From Chloroflexota bacterium (lineage in GTDB: Bacteria > Chloroflexota > Dehalococcoidia > Tepidiformales > Tepidiformaceae), in contig JAPPBY010000013.1 of assembly GCA_026702615.1 (NCBI GenBank), positions 27,521-91,520 on the forward strand: 64,000 nt of DNA. Direction: 5' to 3'. The notes beneath the pieces were generated by a model. That model saw only the letters and a program-made list of their open reading frames with translations, ran no database searches and was not told the DNA's origin. Each line of letters begins with the position of its first letter. The first letter of the stretch is position 1. A program made the translations under genes and the position numbers. Shown here piece by piece: positions 25,182 to 35,098 of the stretch.

Positions 25182-26378
25182 CTAGGCGAACAGCAGGGGA
25201 TTGTCCGGCAGCTCCCCGAAGAGCATCCCCCCCAGCGTCTCGAAGTTGCGTGGCGAGGTTCCCGCGTGCTGTGTGGCCGCGTGGATGTCGCGGAAACAGC
25301 GCTCGATCGGGCTCGTCTGAAAGACGGATGTTCCGCCTGCCGCCGTGTGCACCAGGTCGGTCGCGTAGGCGGCGCTGCGCGTCGCGTTGGTGCCCGCCAG
25401 CGAGAGATCCCGCCGCTGCTCAAGGCCCACGTCGTCTCCCCGCAGCACCGTCTCCCAGGTCTCATCGACCTTCTCGTAGAGCCACGAGCGTGCTGACTGG
25501 ACAGCTGCGTGCGCCTTGGCGACCTCGTTGCGGATCGCGGTGTTGTCGCTGATCCGCGCCTGCGAGGTGCGCGCCGTCTTCGTCTTCGCCAGCTTGATGA
25601 ACTCGTCGATCGCGCGCTGCGCGATGCCGGTCGCGATAATTCCGATGGGCGCGCCCAGGATGCCCATCACCGGGAAGTGGTAGAGCGGCCCCTCGAAGTG
25701 CTTGCCGCGGACGGTCCCGGCGCCGAAGGCCGACGTGCGGTACTCCGGCGCGAACGCGTTCTCCACAGCCACATCGTTGCTGCTCGTGGCGCGCAGTCCC
25801 ACCACGTGCCACGTATCGATGATCTCCGCTTCTTCGCGGGGGAAGGTGACGAAGCGCATCTCGGGAATGCCCATCGGCGTCATCCGCGGCCGCCCGTTCT
25901 CCATGACCATGATGCCGCCGCCGACCCACTTCGCGTGGCTCGATCCGCTGCAGAATGGCCAGCGGCCCGTCACGCGGTATCCGCCCTCCACGACCTCCGC
26001 CGGGTTGAAGGGGAAGATGCCCCCCGCCCCTACGGCGCTCGGAGGTCCGTCCACGTAGGACTCCGCGATGGACTCTTCCGAGCTGGAGGACGAGAGCGCT
26101 GCCCCCGTGGACCAGATCCAGAGGTTCCATGCGGCCGAGCCGTGAACTCTGGCCACCGCCTCGAACAGCTCGAACCCCTCGCGGGGCGTGGACTCGAGGC
26201 CGCCCAGCGACTCAGGCACCCAGACGCCCAGCAGGCCTTCGTCCTTCATCGCCTCGAACGTGCGGTCCGTCAGGCGCCGCTCGCGCTCGGCCTCGTCGAG
26301 GTCTTCCTCCACGATGGGCGCGATCGCGTCGGCGCGCTCCAGCAGCGTTTTCGTCTCCGTCTGGGTTGCGGTGGCCAT
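25182..26378 (-). CDS. Acyl-CoA dehydrogenase-fold protein (type-2 / flavin monooxygenase-like)
   Basis: 398 aa with ACAD-like N-terminal, middle and C-terminal organisation (FEAMKDEGLLGVWVPE..., C-terminal helical domain). AAGGAG Shine-Dalgarno sequence. Confidence 0.7.
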   Translation of the reverse strand: MATATQTETKTLLERADAIAPIVEEDLDEAERERRLTDRTFEAMKDEGLLGVWVPESLGGLESTPREGFELFEAVARVHGSAAWNLWIWSTGAALSSSSSEESIAESYVDGPPSAVGAGGIFPFNPAEVVEGGYRVTGRWPFCSGSSHAKWVGGGIMVMENGRPRMTPMGIPEMRFVTFPREEAEIIDTWHVVGLRATSSNDVAVENAFAPEYRTSAFGAGTVRGKHFEGPLYHFPVMGILGAPIGIIATGIAQRAIDEFIKLAKTKTARTSQARISDNTAIRNEVAKAHAAVQSARSWLYEKVDETWETVLRGDDVGLEQRRDLSLAGTNATRSAAYATDLVHTAAGGTSVFQTSPIERCFRDIHAATQHAGTSPRNFETLGGMLFGELPDNPLLFA

Positions 26379-26408
26379 GGTCCTTGCTCCTTCGGAAGTA
26401 GGGCGCGG

Positions 26409-27578
26409 TTAGGCCCGGGGAAGCCCGAGCCCGCGTGTCGCGATGATGTTTCGCTGGATCTCGCTCGTGCCACCCGCGATCGTCTCGCGGACCTGGTTCA
26501 CGTAGCCGACGCCGGGCATGCCCCGCAGCGGTCCGCTCTCGTCGGAGATGTCGCCCCACATGCCGACCATGTGGGAAGCCGTGCGCGCGATGCGCTGGCT
26601 CAGCTCGGTCGTGAACAGCTTCGCGATCGAGGACTCCGCGTTGGGAATCTCGCCCGCGTCCTGCATCGAGATGATGCGGTAGGCCAGCATCGTCGCCGTC
26701 TGCACCTCGATGAAGCGCTCTGCCCACTCGAAGCGGTTGGCCTCGTACGTCGTCTGTGGAATCTCGTCCTTGTGCTCGCGCAGCCAGGCCAGGTTCCGCT
26801 CCACGCCCTGGCGCAGCCCGATCGGTGTCCCGATCGAGGAACGCTCGAAGTCCAGCGTCGTCGTTCCCACGTACCAGCCGCGGTTGACCTCACCCATGAT
26901 GTTCCGAGTGGGGACGCGGACGTCCTCGAAGAACACCTCGTTGAAGTCGTGCCCCCCGGTCATGTTCACCAGCGGTCGCACGGTGATGCCCGGGGTCTTC
27001 ATGTCGAGCAGGAAGTAGGTGATGCCCCGGTGCTTGGGCGCGTCCGGGTCCGTTCGCGCCAGCATGAACATCCAGTGCGCGCGGTGCGCCAGCGACGTCC
27101 AGATCTTCTGGCCGTTGATCACGTAGTCGTCCCCGTCGCGCACGGCGCGCGTCTGCAGGGAGGCCAGGTCCGAGCCTGATCCCGGCTCGCTATAGCCCTG
27201 GCACCACTCCACCTCGCCGCTCAGGATGCCGGGGATGTGCTGCTGCTTCTGTTCCTCGGTGCCGTGCTCGATAAGCGTCGGCCCAAGCATCATCAGGCCC
27301 AGGCCGCCCAGCCTCGGGGCGCCGGCTTCCGCGAACTCCTGGCTCAGGATGAACTGGTCCATCGGCTTCATGCCCGCGCCGCCGTATTCCGACGGCCAGG
27401 CCGGCGCGATCCAGCCGCGCTCCGCCAGTGCGACGCGCCACGCTTCCCACAGGGGCTTTTCCTCTTCCGGCCGCCCCATCGGGAACTTGCCCCGAATCTC
27501 CTGGGGGCAGTAGTCGCGCAGGAATTCCTGCACCTGGATGCGCCACTCGGCCTGAGCCGGGCTGTCTCGAAAATCCAT
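26409..27578 (-). CDS. Acyl-CoA dehydrogenase family protein
   Basis: WCQGYSEPGSGSDLASL, INGQKIWTS, IAGGTSEIQRNIIA. ATG at 27578 is preceded by GAGGAAAGG. Confidence 0.9.
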   Translation of the reverse strand: MDFRDSPAQAEWRIQVQEFLRDYCPQEIRGKFPMGRPEEEKPLWEAWRVALAERGWIAPAWPSEYGGAGMKPMDQFILSQEFAEAGAPRLGGLGLMMLGPTLIEHGTEEQKQQHIPGILSGEVEWCQGYSEPGSGSDLASLQTRAVRDGDDYVINGQKIWTSLAHRAHWMFMLARTDPDAPKHRGITYFLLDMKTPGITVRPLVNMTGGHDFNEVFFEDVRVPTRNIMGEVNRGWYVGTTTLDFERSSIGTPIGLRQGVERNLAWLREHKDEIPQTTYEANRFEWAERFIEVQTATMLAYRIISMQDAGEIPNAESSIAKLFTTELSQRIARTASHMVGMWGDISDESGPLRGMPGVGYVNQVRETIAGGTSEIQRNIIATRGLGLPRA

Positions 27579-27768
27579 GTCCTGGGCCTTTCCTCGGAAT
27601 CGCCGGCTTCGCCGGAATTCCTTGTCTGCTAGAGCGAAGGTCAAGCATAGCCGTACCCCTTCCCTACCGCCACGCGCCCTAACCTGGCCTTGTTGACGCC
27701 GGGCCTAGAATGACGCAAATGAGCGAGTGGCCGGGATGACGGCCAGCTATAGAAAGAAGGGGTACGAA

Positions 27769-29670
27769 ATGGCTGAAGGGTATTGGGGTAAGTACTGGCG
27801 AAGGCGCGTCTCGCGGCGCCGAGTCCTCGCCGGAAGCGCTGCCGTTGCTGCGGGCGCCGCCGGCCTCGTGGCCGTTGGATGCGGCGATGACGACGACGAC
27901 GAAGAAGAGCCCGAGGCTGCCGCCACGGCGGCGCCGACCGAGGCCGCCGCCGCCACCGAAGCCGCCCCTGACGAGGCGGCGACCGAAACTGCAACTGAAG
28001 CTGCGGCCACAGAGGCCGCGACGGAGGCCGCGACCCAGGCCGCCGCTACCGGCCCCAGGTCGGGCGGCATCTTCAAGGCGCAGCGCGCCTTCGCTGAAAC
28101 GGGCTACGACCCTGCCATCACCATTACGGGCTACCAGTGGGCGGCCGTCACCTACAACCACCTCCTCGGCTACTCCCTCATTGAGGACGAGGCCTGGGGA
28201 GATGCGGCCCAGAGCTGGGAGCAGCCCGACCCCTTCACGATCGTCTTCAACCTCGAGCCCAACCTCCGCTTCAACCCCGAGGCCGCGGGCGGACGCCCGA
28301 TCACGTCCAGCGACATCGCCTACAGCTACGCGCGCCTCCCTGCCGCTTTCACCAACCTCGCCTCCGAGGTCAACCCGATGCAGTTCTCCTTCATGGCCGG
28401 GTTCGACACGCCCGACGACTCGACCTTCGCCCTGAAGATGGCTTACCCGTGGGTCTCCGCCATCCCCACGCTTGCCTCCACCTCCCTCGCCATCGTCGCT
28501 CCCGAGGTCGTCGAGGCGAACGGCGGCAACCTCACCGACACCGTCAACGCCGGCGGCGGGGCCTACATGTTCGAGTCCCGCGGGCTCGACGGCTTCAACA
28601 CCTACATGCGCAACCCCAACTACGCCGGCCATACCACCGCCCGCGGGCGCTTCACCAAGGACCCGCCCTACATCGACGGCTGGGAGGACGCCCTCATCAC
28701 CGATTCCGCCACCGCCGAGGCCCGCTTCCTCGCCGGCGACTCGGACATCCTCACCGGCGTCGTCGGCGGCATCGACGCCATCAAGGCCGAAGAGCTCCGC
28801 GGCCAGGACGGCGTCAACATCATCACCGGTCCCACCAACACCCACCTCGTCATGGCCCTCGACGCCCTCAAGTGGGCGCGCTTCCCGCAACTGCGCGAAG
28901 CCCTCTCGCTCTCCGTCGACTGGGACGGCTATATCGACATCGTCCACGACGGCGACGGCATCCGCGGGGCGCCCGTCGGCCCCCGCTTCCCCCAGGTCCT
29001 CTCCCAGGACGAGATCCGCCAGCTCCAGCAGTTCGATCCCGAGCGGGCCCGCCAGCTGTGGGAGCAGGGCGGGGGCGATCAGGTCTTCCCCGACGGCCTC
29101 ACCACCCTCCTCGCCACTTTCGCGAACACACGCGGCACCGAGTTCATCTCCCAGAGCATCGAGGAGAACCTCGGCGTCAGCGTGACGATGATGCCGGTGG
29201 ATCTCGCCACCTACGTCTCCAGCCTCACGGCCCCGCCGGGCTCGAAGATCTGGCACTTCGCCCTCGTCACCGAGAACACCCTCTCGACCATCCCCGACTA
29301 CAACGCCCTCACCCACTACGTGCCGTTGGGCTACGGCGGGGCCTTCGGCCTCTTCATTCACGAGCACCCGCAGGCGCCGCTCATCCCGCCCGAGGTCATC
29401 GACATCACGCACGACATCGGCAAGCCCATCCAGGACCTCTACAACGCCCAGTCCGTGACCCACGACCCCGAGCAGCGCACCGCCCTGCTGCACCAGCTGC
29501 AGCGCCTCCTCTTCACGCAGTTCTGCTGCACCTTCCCTGTCCCCGTGGAGGCTACGGAGCAGCACGCCCTCCGCACCCGCGTCCAGAACGCGCCGTTGCC
29601 CCCGGACTTCCGCGACAACGGTTCCATGGGTTACCGACGCGCCCAGAACATGTGGCTCTCCGACGCCTGA
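27769..29670 (+). CDS. ABC transporter substrate-binding lipoprotein, family 5 (peptide/nickel type), Tat signal
   Basis: MAEGYWGKYWRRRVSRRRVLAG twin-Arg signal, VAVGCGDDDDDEEE lipobox-like site plus an acidic/Ala-Thr linker, and an SBP_bac_5-like body. Confidence 0.85.
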   Translation: MAEGYWGKYWRRRVSRRRVLAGSAAVAAGAAGLVAVGCGDDDDDEEEPEAAATAAPTEAAAATEAAPDEAATETATEAAATEAATEAATQAAATGPRSGGIFKAQRAFAETGYDPAITITGYQWAAVTYNHLLGYSLIEDEAWGDAAQSWEQPDPFTIVFNLEPNLRFNPEAAGGRPITSSDIAYSYARLPAAFTNLASEVNPMQFSFMAGFDTPDDSTFALKMAYPWVSAIPTLASTSLAIVAPEVVEANGGNLTDTVNAGGGAYMFESRGLDGFNTYMRNPNYAGHTTARGRFTKDPPYIDGWEDALITDSATAEARFLAGDSDILTGVVGGIDAIKAEELRGQDGVNIITGPTNTHLVMALDALKWARFPQLREALSLSVDWDGYIDIVHDGDGIRGAPVGPRFPQVLSQDEIRQLQQFDPERARQLWEQGGGDQVFPDGLTTLLATFANTRGTEFISQSIEENLGVSVTMMPVDLATYVSSLTAPPGSKIWHFALVTENTLSTIPDYNALTHYVPLGYGGAFGLFIHEHPQAPLIPPEVIDITHDIGKPIQDLYNAQSVTHDPEQRTALLHQLQRLLFTQFCCTFPVPVEATEQHALRTRVQNAPLPPDFRDNGSMGYRRAQNMWLSDA

Positions 29671-29775
29671 CGGCGGGGGTCTGAATCCGGCTCATTGCGG
29701 CTATTGAAAGGCGCATGGGCTTCCGTTATGAATGAGCCGATCGGCCCGTAGTACAAGGGCTTGAGGAGGGATGAC

Positions 29776-31686
29776 ATGGCTGAAGGGTATTGGGGAAAGT
29801 ATTGGCGTCGGCGCGTCTCACGCCGGCGAGTCCTGGCGGGAGGCGCGGCCGTTGGCGCTGGCGCCGCCGCCCTCGTAGCTGTCGGCTGCGGAGACGATGA
29901 CGACGACGATGCCGCCGCCCCTGCGGCGACGCAGGCGGCTCGGGCCACCGAGGCGGCCGAGCAGGCCGCCGAGGCTGAAGCGACCGAGGCCGCGCAGGCC
30001 GCCGAGGCTGAGGCCACCGAAGCCGCCCAGGCCGCCGAGGCTGAGGCGACTGAGGCCGCCGACCCGATCCAGCGCGGCGGAACGTTCCAGCACCAGAAGT
30101 CGGCCCAGAACACGACGCTCGACCCCTCGGTCACCGTCACCGACCCCACCTGGACCGCGCTCACTTACAACCACCTGCTCGGCTACTCGCTGGTCGAGGA
30201 AGAGGCCTGGGGCGATGCCGCCAACGGCTGGGAGCAGCCCGACGCCACGACGCTCGTCTTCAACCTCGAGGATGGGCTGAAGTTCAACCCCAACGCCGCC
30301 GGCGGTCGCGATCTGACCTCCGAGGACGTGGCTTTCAGCTACAGCCGCTTCCCGTCCAGCCTTTCGGACTTCGGTTCCGAGGTGAACCAGCTGCAGTGGG
30401 GCTGGATGGGTGTCGACCGTGGCGCATCCTTCGATACGCCTGATTCCCAGACCCTGACCATCAACCTCGCGTTCCCGTGGGCTTCCGCAATCCCCTCGCT
30501 GGGATCGAGCGCCATGGCGATCGTCAATCGCGAGATGGTCGAGGCCGCTGGTGGTGGTCTCCACGAAGTCCCGAACGCCGGCGCCGGCGCCTACATGTTC
30601 GAGAACATCGACGAAACCGGAAATACGTACGTACGCAACCCCAACTACCGGGGCCATTCGACCGCTCGTGGTCGCTTCACCGACGAAGTCCCCTATATCG
30701 ACCGCTGGGAGGACGCGATCATCGTCGACCAGGCCGCCCGCGAGGCGCGCCTGATTGCTGGCGATTCCGATGTCCTCGGGGGCATCGACAAGATCCAGGC
30801 CCAACTCTTCGACGGCGAAGAGAACGTCCAGGTCATCCAGGGCCCGGCGAACGACCACGCCATCATGGAGCTCGATGCCTTCAAGTGGGCCCAGCACCCG
30901 CTCCTGCGCGAGGCAGTCTCGCTCGCCATCGACTGGGAGGGCATCATTGATGTCGTCTACGACGGGGAGGGAATTCGCGGTGCACCCGTCGGGCCAGCCT
31001 TCTCCCAGGTGCTCCCCCAGGATGAGATCCGCGAGCTCCAGCAGTTCGACCCGGCCCGTGCTCGCCAGCTCTGGGACCAGGGCGGTGGCGATGACGTCTT
31101 CCCCGATGGCCTGGTGACGGTTATCCCCACCTTCGCTTCCAACACGCGGCTTATCGATTTCATCGTTCAGAGCATTGATGAGAATCTGGGCGTTCCCACG
31201 CGCCAGGAACCTGCCGATCTCGCCACCTACGTGGCCCTCGCAACGGCGCCGCCCAGCGAGAAGATCTGGCACTACTTCATCGCCGGCGAGAACTCGCTCT
31301 CCACCATTCCCGACTACAACGCCCTCACCCACTACGTCCCCAATGGGTACGGCGCCATCTTCGGTGGCCTGTACACCTTCGACCACGTGCTCTCGGCGTT
31401 CTACGAGGACGAAATCATCGCGGTCACGGACGAGATCGGGAGCGAGCTCCAGGGCCGCTACGACCTCCAGGGCGCGACCGTCGACCCCGAGGAGCGCAAG
31501 GAAGTCCTCCAGGACATGCAGCGGTATATCTTCACGAACTTCTGCTGCGTCCTGCCGCTTCCCGTTGCGTCCATCCAGTACTACGCCATGGGCGCGCGCC
31601 TCCGGAACGTGCCCGCCGTGCCCGACATCGCCAACAACGCGTCGATGGGCTACCGGCGCGCGCAGAACATGTGGATCGCCGGCTAG
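29776..31686 (+). CDS. ABC transporter substrate-binding lipoprotein, family 5 (tandem paralog)
   Basis: Same N-terminus as the upstream gene (MAEGYWGKYWRRRVSRRRVLAG...VGCGDDDDDD) and colinear similarity throughout. Confidence 0.85.
   Translation: MAEGYWGKYWRRRVSRRRVLAGGAAVGAGAAALVAVGCGDDDDDDAAAPAATQAARATEAAEQAAEAEATEAAQAAEAEATEAAQAAEAEATEAADPIQRGGTFQHQKSAQNTTLDPSVTVTDPTWTALTYNHLLGYSLVEEEAWGDAANGWEQPDATTLVFNLEDGLKFNPNAAGGRDLTSEDVAFSYSRFPSSLSDFGSEVNQLQWGWMGVDRGASFDTPDSQTLTINLAFPWASAIPSLGSSAMAIVNREMVEAAGGGLHEVPNAGAGAYMFENIDETGNTYVRNPNYRGHSTARGRFTDEVPYIDRWEDAIIVDQAAREARLIAGDSDVLGGIDKIQAQLFDGEENVQVIQGPANDHAIMELDAFKWAQHPLLREAVSLAIDWEGIIDVVYDGEGIRGAPVGPAFSQVLPQDEIRELQQFDPARARQLWDQGGGDDVFPDGLVTVIPTFASNTRLIDFIVQSIDENLGVPTRQEPADLATYVALATAPPSEKIWHYFIAGENSLSTIPDYNALTHYVPNGYGAIFGGLYTFDHVLSAFYEDEIIAVTDEIGSELQGRYDLQGATVDPEERKEVLQDMQRYIFTNFCCVLPLPVASIQYYAMGARLRNVPAVPDIANNASMGYRRAQNMWIAG
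29965..30060 (+). repeat. 33-bp in-frame tandem repeat, about 2.9 copies (encodes AAEAEATEAAQ)
   Basis: Units at 29965..29997 and 29998..30030, plus a partial unit at 30031..30060, within the linker of the second binding protein. Confidence 0.8.
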
Positions 31687-31761
31687 CGACCCCTAGCGTG
31701 CGAAGGCCTGGGCCCGGCCCGCCCGAGCCCAGGCCTTCTGGAGGGAGGAGAGGAGGAGCCC

Positions 31762-32709
31762 ATGCAGGCGTACATCATCCGCCGCCTGATCCTCGTGCCC
31801 TTCACCCTCCTGCTCATCTCCATCATCGTCTTCATCTTCATGCGCGCCGTCCCCGGAGATGCCGCCGACGTCCGCTGTGGTGCCGCCGGTAACTTCGACC
31901 AGCAGTGCTTCGATGTCGTTCGGGAAGAGCTGGGTCTCAACGAGAACAAGGTCAACCAGTACTTCAAGTGGCTGGGGGACATCGTCCTCCGGGGCGATTT
32001 CGGCTACTCCCTTTCCCAGGTCTCCCATATCAACGAGGAGCTCGGAAAGCGAATCTGGAACACAGCCCAAATCGGCATCCTCTCCATTGCCTTCACGCTC
32101 ATGATCGGCATCCCCGTGGGAATGCTCTCCGCGGTCAGGTCAGGGACGATGTTGGACTATGTGCTTCGCTTTCTCGCCGTAATGGGGCTCTCCGTGCCCA
32201 ACTTTTGGATCGCGACGCTCGTGGTCATCTTCCCCGCTGTGTGGTGGGGGGTGCGGATCGCCCCCGACTGGGTTGGCTGGGAGGAACCCCTCACTCATCT
32301 CCAGATCCTCGCCATCCCGGCCTTCATCATCGCTCTCGCGGGCGGCGGTACCATCGCCCGCATCGTGCGTTCCTCAATGCTTGAGGTGCTCCGCAGCGAT
32401 CAGGTGCGAACCGCCCGTGCCAAGGGACTTCGCGAGTCCGCAGTCGTCTCCCGCCACGTCTTCCGCCCCTCGATGATCGCGCTCTTCACCATCGTCGGCC
32501 TCCAGTTCAGTCTGGCGCTCGGCGGGTCCGTCATCATGGAGAGCATCTTCAACATCCCCGGAATGGGCCTCTGGGTCATCTCCGCCGTGGGTGAGCGCGA
32601 CTTCATGATCATCCAGGCGGTGGTCGTCATCTTCGCCGCCTGGTTCCTTCTCATCACCCTGCTTGTCGATGTTGCCTATGCGTGGGTCGACCCGCGCATT
32701 CGGTACTGA
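31762..32709 (+). CDS. ABC transporter permease (DppB/OppB-like)
   Basis: N-terminal MQAYIIRRLILVPFTLLLISIIVF and the EAA-loop region VRTARAKGL. AGGAGGAG Shine-Dalgarno sequence. Confidence 0.9.
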   Translation: MQAYIIRRLILVPFTLLLISIIVFIFMRAVPGDAADVRCGAAGNFDQQCFDVVREELGLNENKVNQYFKWLGDIVLRGDFGYSLSQVSHINEELGKRIWNTAQIGILSIAFTLMIGIPVGMLSAVRSGTMLDYVLRFLAVMGLSVPNFWIATLVVIFPAVWWGVRIAPDWVGWEEPLTHLQILAIPAFIIALAGGGTIARIVRSSMLEVLRSDQVRTARAKGLRESAVVSRHVFRPSMIALFTIVGLQFSLALGGSVIMESIFNIPGMGLWVISAVGERDFMIIQAVVVIFAAWFLLITLLVDVAYAWVDPRIRY

Positions 32710-32724
32710 TCGGAGCCGCCCGCG

Positions 32725-33642
32725 ATGACGACTGCTGAAGAAGTTGCCGGCGCCCTCGGGCTCGAGGCCCAACCCAGCTTCCTTCGCCGCAGGCTGAGCG
32801 CCTTCGGCCGCTTTGTCGTCACGCAACCACTGGGCACGGTGGGCGCCATCATCATCATCGTGCTCATCCTGGGGTCCGTCTTCGCAGGCCAGCTCAACAC
32901 CGTCGACCCCAAGACCTCCATCCGAGAGGCGGGCCCTCTCGATGCCCCCAACGCCGACAACTACTTCGGCACCGACCGCAGCCGGCGAGATGTCTGGTCG
33001 CGAGTGCTCTACGGGGGCCGCCCCACCCTTCTCATCGGTTTCGGCGCGGTCGCCATCACCATGGGAGCGGCCATCGTCCTCGCCCTCGCCGCCGGCTTCC
33101 TCGGGGGGATCGTCGATGTCATCATCTCGCGCTTAATCGAGATCATCATCGCCGTGCCCGCCATCCTGTGGCTCTTAATGTTCACCACTGCCATCGATCG
33201 CAGCGTTCAGACGCTCATGTTCTCGGTGGCCTTCACCTTCACCCCAATCGCTATCCGGCTGTTCCGGGGCAACGTCATCCAGGAACGGTCCATTGCCTAC
33301 GTGGAGGCCGCGCGCGTGATCGGCGCCTCCGGCGGCCGCATCATGTTCCGCCACATCCTGCCCAACCTGGCGCCGCTCGTGATCGTGGCCGCCAGCATCA
33401 CCATTCCCGCCGCGATGCTCGCGGAGGCGGGCCTCACCTTCCTTGGCCTCGGCCTCGAGCCCGGCACGCCTTCCTGGGCCCAGGATCTCGGCCCCAGTAA
33501 CCGCCCCTACTTCCGCCTCGCCTGGTGGCTCGTGATCTTCCCCGGCGCCGCCCTTGCGCTCGCCGTCCTCGCATTCAACTTCTTCGGCGATTCCGTGCGC
33601 GATGTCCTCGACCCGCGCCTCCGTGGCTCGGGCCTCATCTAG
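32725..33642 (+). CDS. ABC transporter permease (DppC/OppC-like)
   Basis: Polytopic membrane protein with YVEAARVIGAS EAA-loop and C-terminal GDSVRDVLDPRLR. Confidence 0.9.
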   Translation: MTTAEEVAGALGLEAQPSFLRRRLSAFGRFVVTQPLGTVGAIIIIVLILGSVFAGQLNTVDPKTSIREAGPLDAPNADNYFGTDRSRRDVWSRVLYGGRPTLLIGFGAVAITMGAAIVLALAAGFLGGIVDVIISRLIEIIIAVPAILWLLMFTTAIDRSVQTLMFSVAFTFTPIAIRLFRGNVIQERSIAYVEAARVIGASGGRIMFRHILPNLAPLVIVAASITIPAAMLAEAGLTFLGLGLEPGTPSWAQDLGPSNRPYFRLAWWLVIFPGAALALAVLAFNFFGDSVRDVLDPRLRGSGLI

Positions 33643-33663
33643 AGACCGGGACCGTTCAAGCGC

Positions 33664-34080
33664 CTACGACTGGCCCTGGAGCGAGCGCAGCATCGCGCCG
33701 CCGTGGTGGTAGTCCACCTCTAGCGTCACCTTGCCCGCGTCGTCGAACTCCAGGTAGGTCATCCCGTCGGAGTACCACTTCTTACCCTTGTGCTCCGCCC
33801 CGAACGCCTCGTGGGTGACCGTCGCGCTCATGCGCCACGTGAAGGCGACGCCGTCGTCGGCCGTCCAGAACTTCTCCGGGATGAGCGCCAGGTCCGGGGC
33901 GCCCTCCAGGCCCCCCGCGAAGAACTCGCGGATGGCCGGCCAGCCGACCTTGTCCTCACCCGCCACGATGTCGCGCAGGATGCACTCCTCCGCGAAGAAG
34001 GGCCCGGGCGCGTCGGCATCGCCGCTGCTCCACGCCTTGAACAGTTCGATTGCCGCGTCGATCTCTTGCTGTCCCGCCAT
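33664..34080 (-). CDS. NTF2/SnoaL-like fold protein
   Basis: 138 aa. Pattern AIELFKAWSSGD...W.AIREFF typical of SnoaL-like proteins. Confidence 0.6.
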   Translation of the reverse strand: MAGQQEIDAAIELFKAWSSGDADAPGPFFAEECILRDIVAGEDKVGWPAIREFFAGGLEGAPDLALIPEKFWTADDGVAFTWRMSATVTHEAFGAEHKGKKWYSDGMTYLEFDDAGKVTLEVDYHHGGAMLRSLQGQS

Positions 34081-34093
34081 TTGCTTGTCTCCC

Positions 34094-35098
34094 TTACTCG
34101 CCCTCCCGGGCGTATGACATGCCGATGATAGTGGAGAGGTGCTGAACCATTGAGAGCTTCAGCGCCGTCCCGATTGCCGCCATGTTCGGCGCCGGGTTCG
34201 CTCCGGTGATGAAGATGCGTAGCGCCGACGTGTTGGCGCACGCCCCCTTGAACTGGTTGAACACGTCCCAGTAGGCCCACGTCTCCTTCGTGATGACGTG
34301 TCCCGTCACGTCCGCGATGTACTCGCGCCACTGTGGCGGCTCCATCACCCCGCGTCCCCGCATCCCGCCCAGGAAAAGCCAGTCCTCGTTCGGGTCGCCG
34401 ATGTGCGAGAACTCCCAGTCCGTGAACGCCTGCACGTCGTCTCCCTTGTGGATGAAGTTCAGCGGGCCCGGGTCGCCGTGCACCAGTGTGAGATGCAAGT
34501 CCTCCGGGGCGTTCCGCTTCAGCCACGTTGCCGCTTCCTCCAGCAGGGGTTCCGGCAGCACGCGGCCCCAGCGATGGACGTCCATCCAGCGGTCTACCTG
34601 CTGGTGGACCGCGTCGATCGGCACCGAGGGGATGCGCGCGAACGGGACCTCCTTCTTGCGCCAGTCGATCTGGTGCAGCTCGTGCAGCTTCGTTACGTAG
34701 TCGCGCAGGGCCGCGTCGTTCGGCGGCCCGCTGCTCCCCTCCACCCAGTCCATCACGAAGAACGGCGTCCCGATGACCGCTGGGTCGAACTCCACGAAGC
34801 GGATGTTGGCCACGGGGAACCCCGCCGCCCGCATCGACCGCATCGTGCGCACCTCATCCAGGGTGTTCGTCCCGAACATCCCCGCCTGCTCCACCCGCAG
34901 CGCGAACGATCGCGCGACCGCCTCCCCGCCCTGCCGGTAGCTCGCGTTCACCCGGAACATCCCGCGCGAGTGCCCGATCGTGATGCGCTCAAGCGGCCCC
35001 ACCTCCACACCGTCGTCCGACGACAGCTTCGCGGACAGGTACGCCGCTATCTGCGGCCGCGCGACCTCAACGTTCAACACGGCGCGGCCTCCCGCCAA
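34094..35098 (-). CDS. Phosphotransferase (APH/kinase-like) family protein
   Basis: Catalytic loop LVHGDPGPLNFI and FTDWEFSHIGDPNEDW. Confidence 0.8.
   Translation of the reverse strand: MAGGRAVLNVEVARPQIAAYLSAKLSSDDGVEVGPLERITIGHSRGMFRVNASYRQGGEAVARSFALRVEQAGMFGTNTLDEVRTMRSMRAAGFPVANIRFVEFDPAVIGTPFFVMDWVEGSSGPPNDAALRDYVTKLHELHQIDWRKKEVPFARIPSVPIDAVHQQVDRWMDVHRWGRVLPEPLLEEAATWLKRNAPEDLHLTLVHGDPGPLNFIHKGDDVQAFTDWEFSHIGDPNEDWLFLGGMRGRGVMEPPQWREYIADVTGHVITKETWAYWDVFNQFKGACANTSALRIFITGANPAPNMAAIGTALKLSMVQHLSTIIGMSYAREGE

Noticed and set aside
27596-27621. The hairpin GGAAT-cg-CCGGC-ttc-GCCGG-a-ATTCC upstream of the acyl-CoA dehydrogenase gene as a regulatory element or riboswitch.
   Set aside because: It is short and imperfect, with no recognisable riboswitch features. 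It may even lie within coding sequence if the longer ORF start (27644) is used.
29965-30060. The 33-bp tandem repeat as a CRISPR-like or minisatellite regulatory element.
   Set aside because: It lies in frame inside a well-supported binding-protein gene, has no spacers, and encodes a low-complexity linker.
33643-33663. Missing ABC ATPase genes as evidence of a deletion or pseudogenised transporter.
   Set aside because: The permease and binding-protein genes are intact with good Shine-Dalgarno sequences. I saw no ATPase gene fragments. ATPases supplied in trans are a known arrangement.
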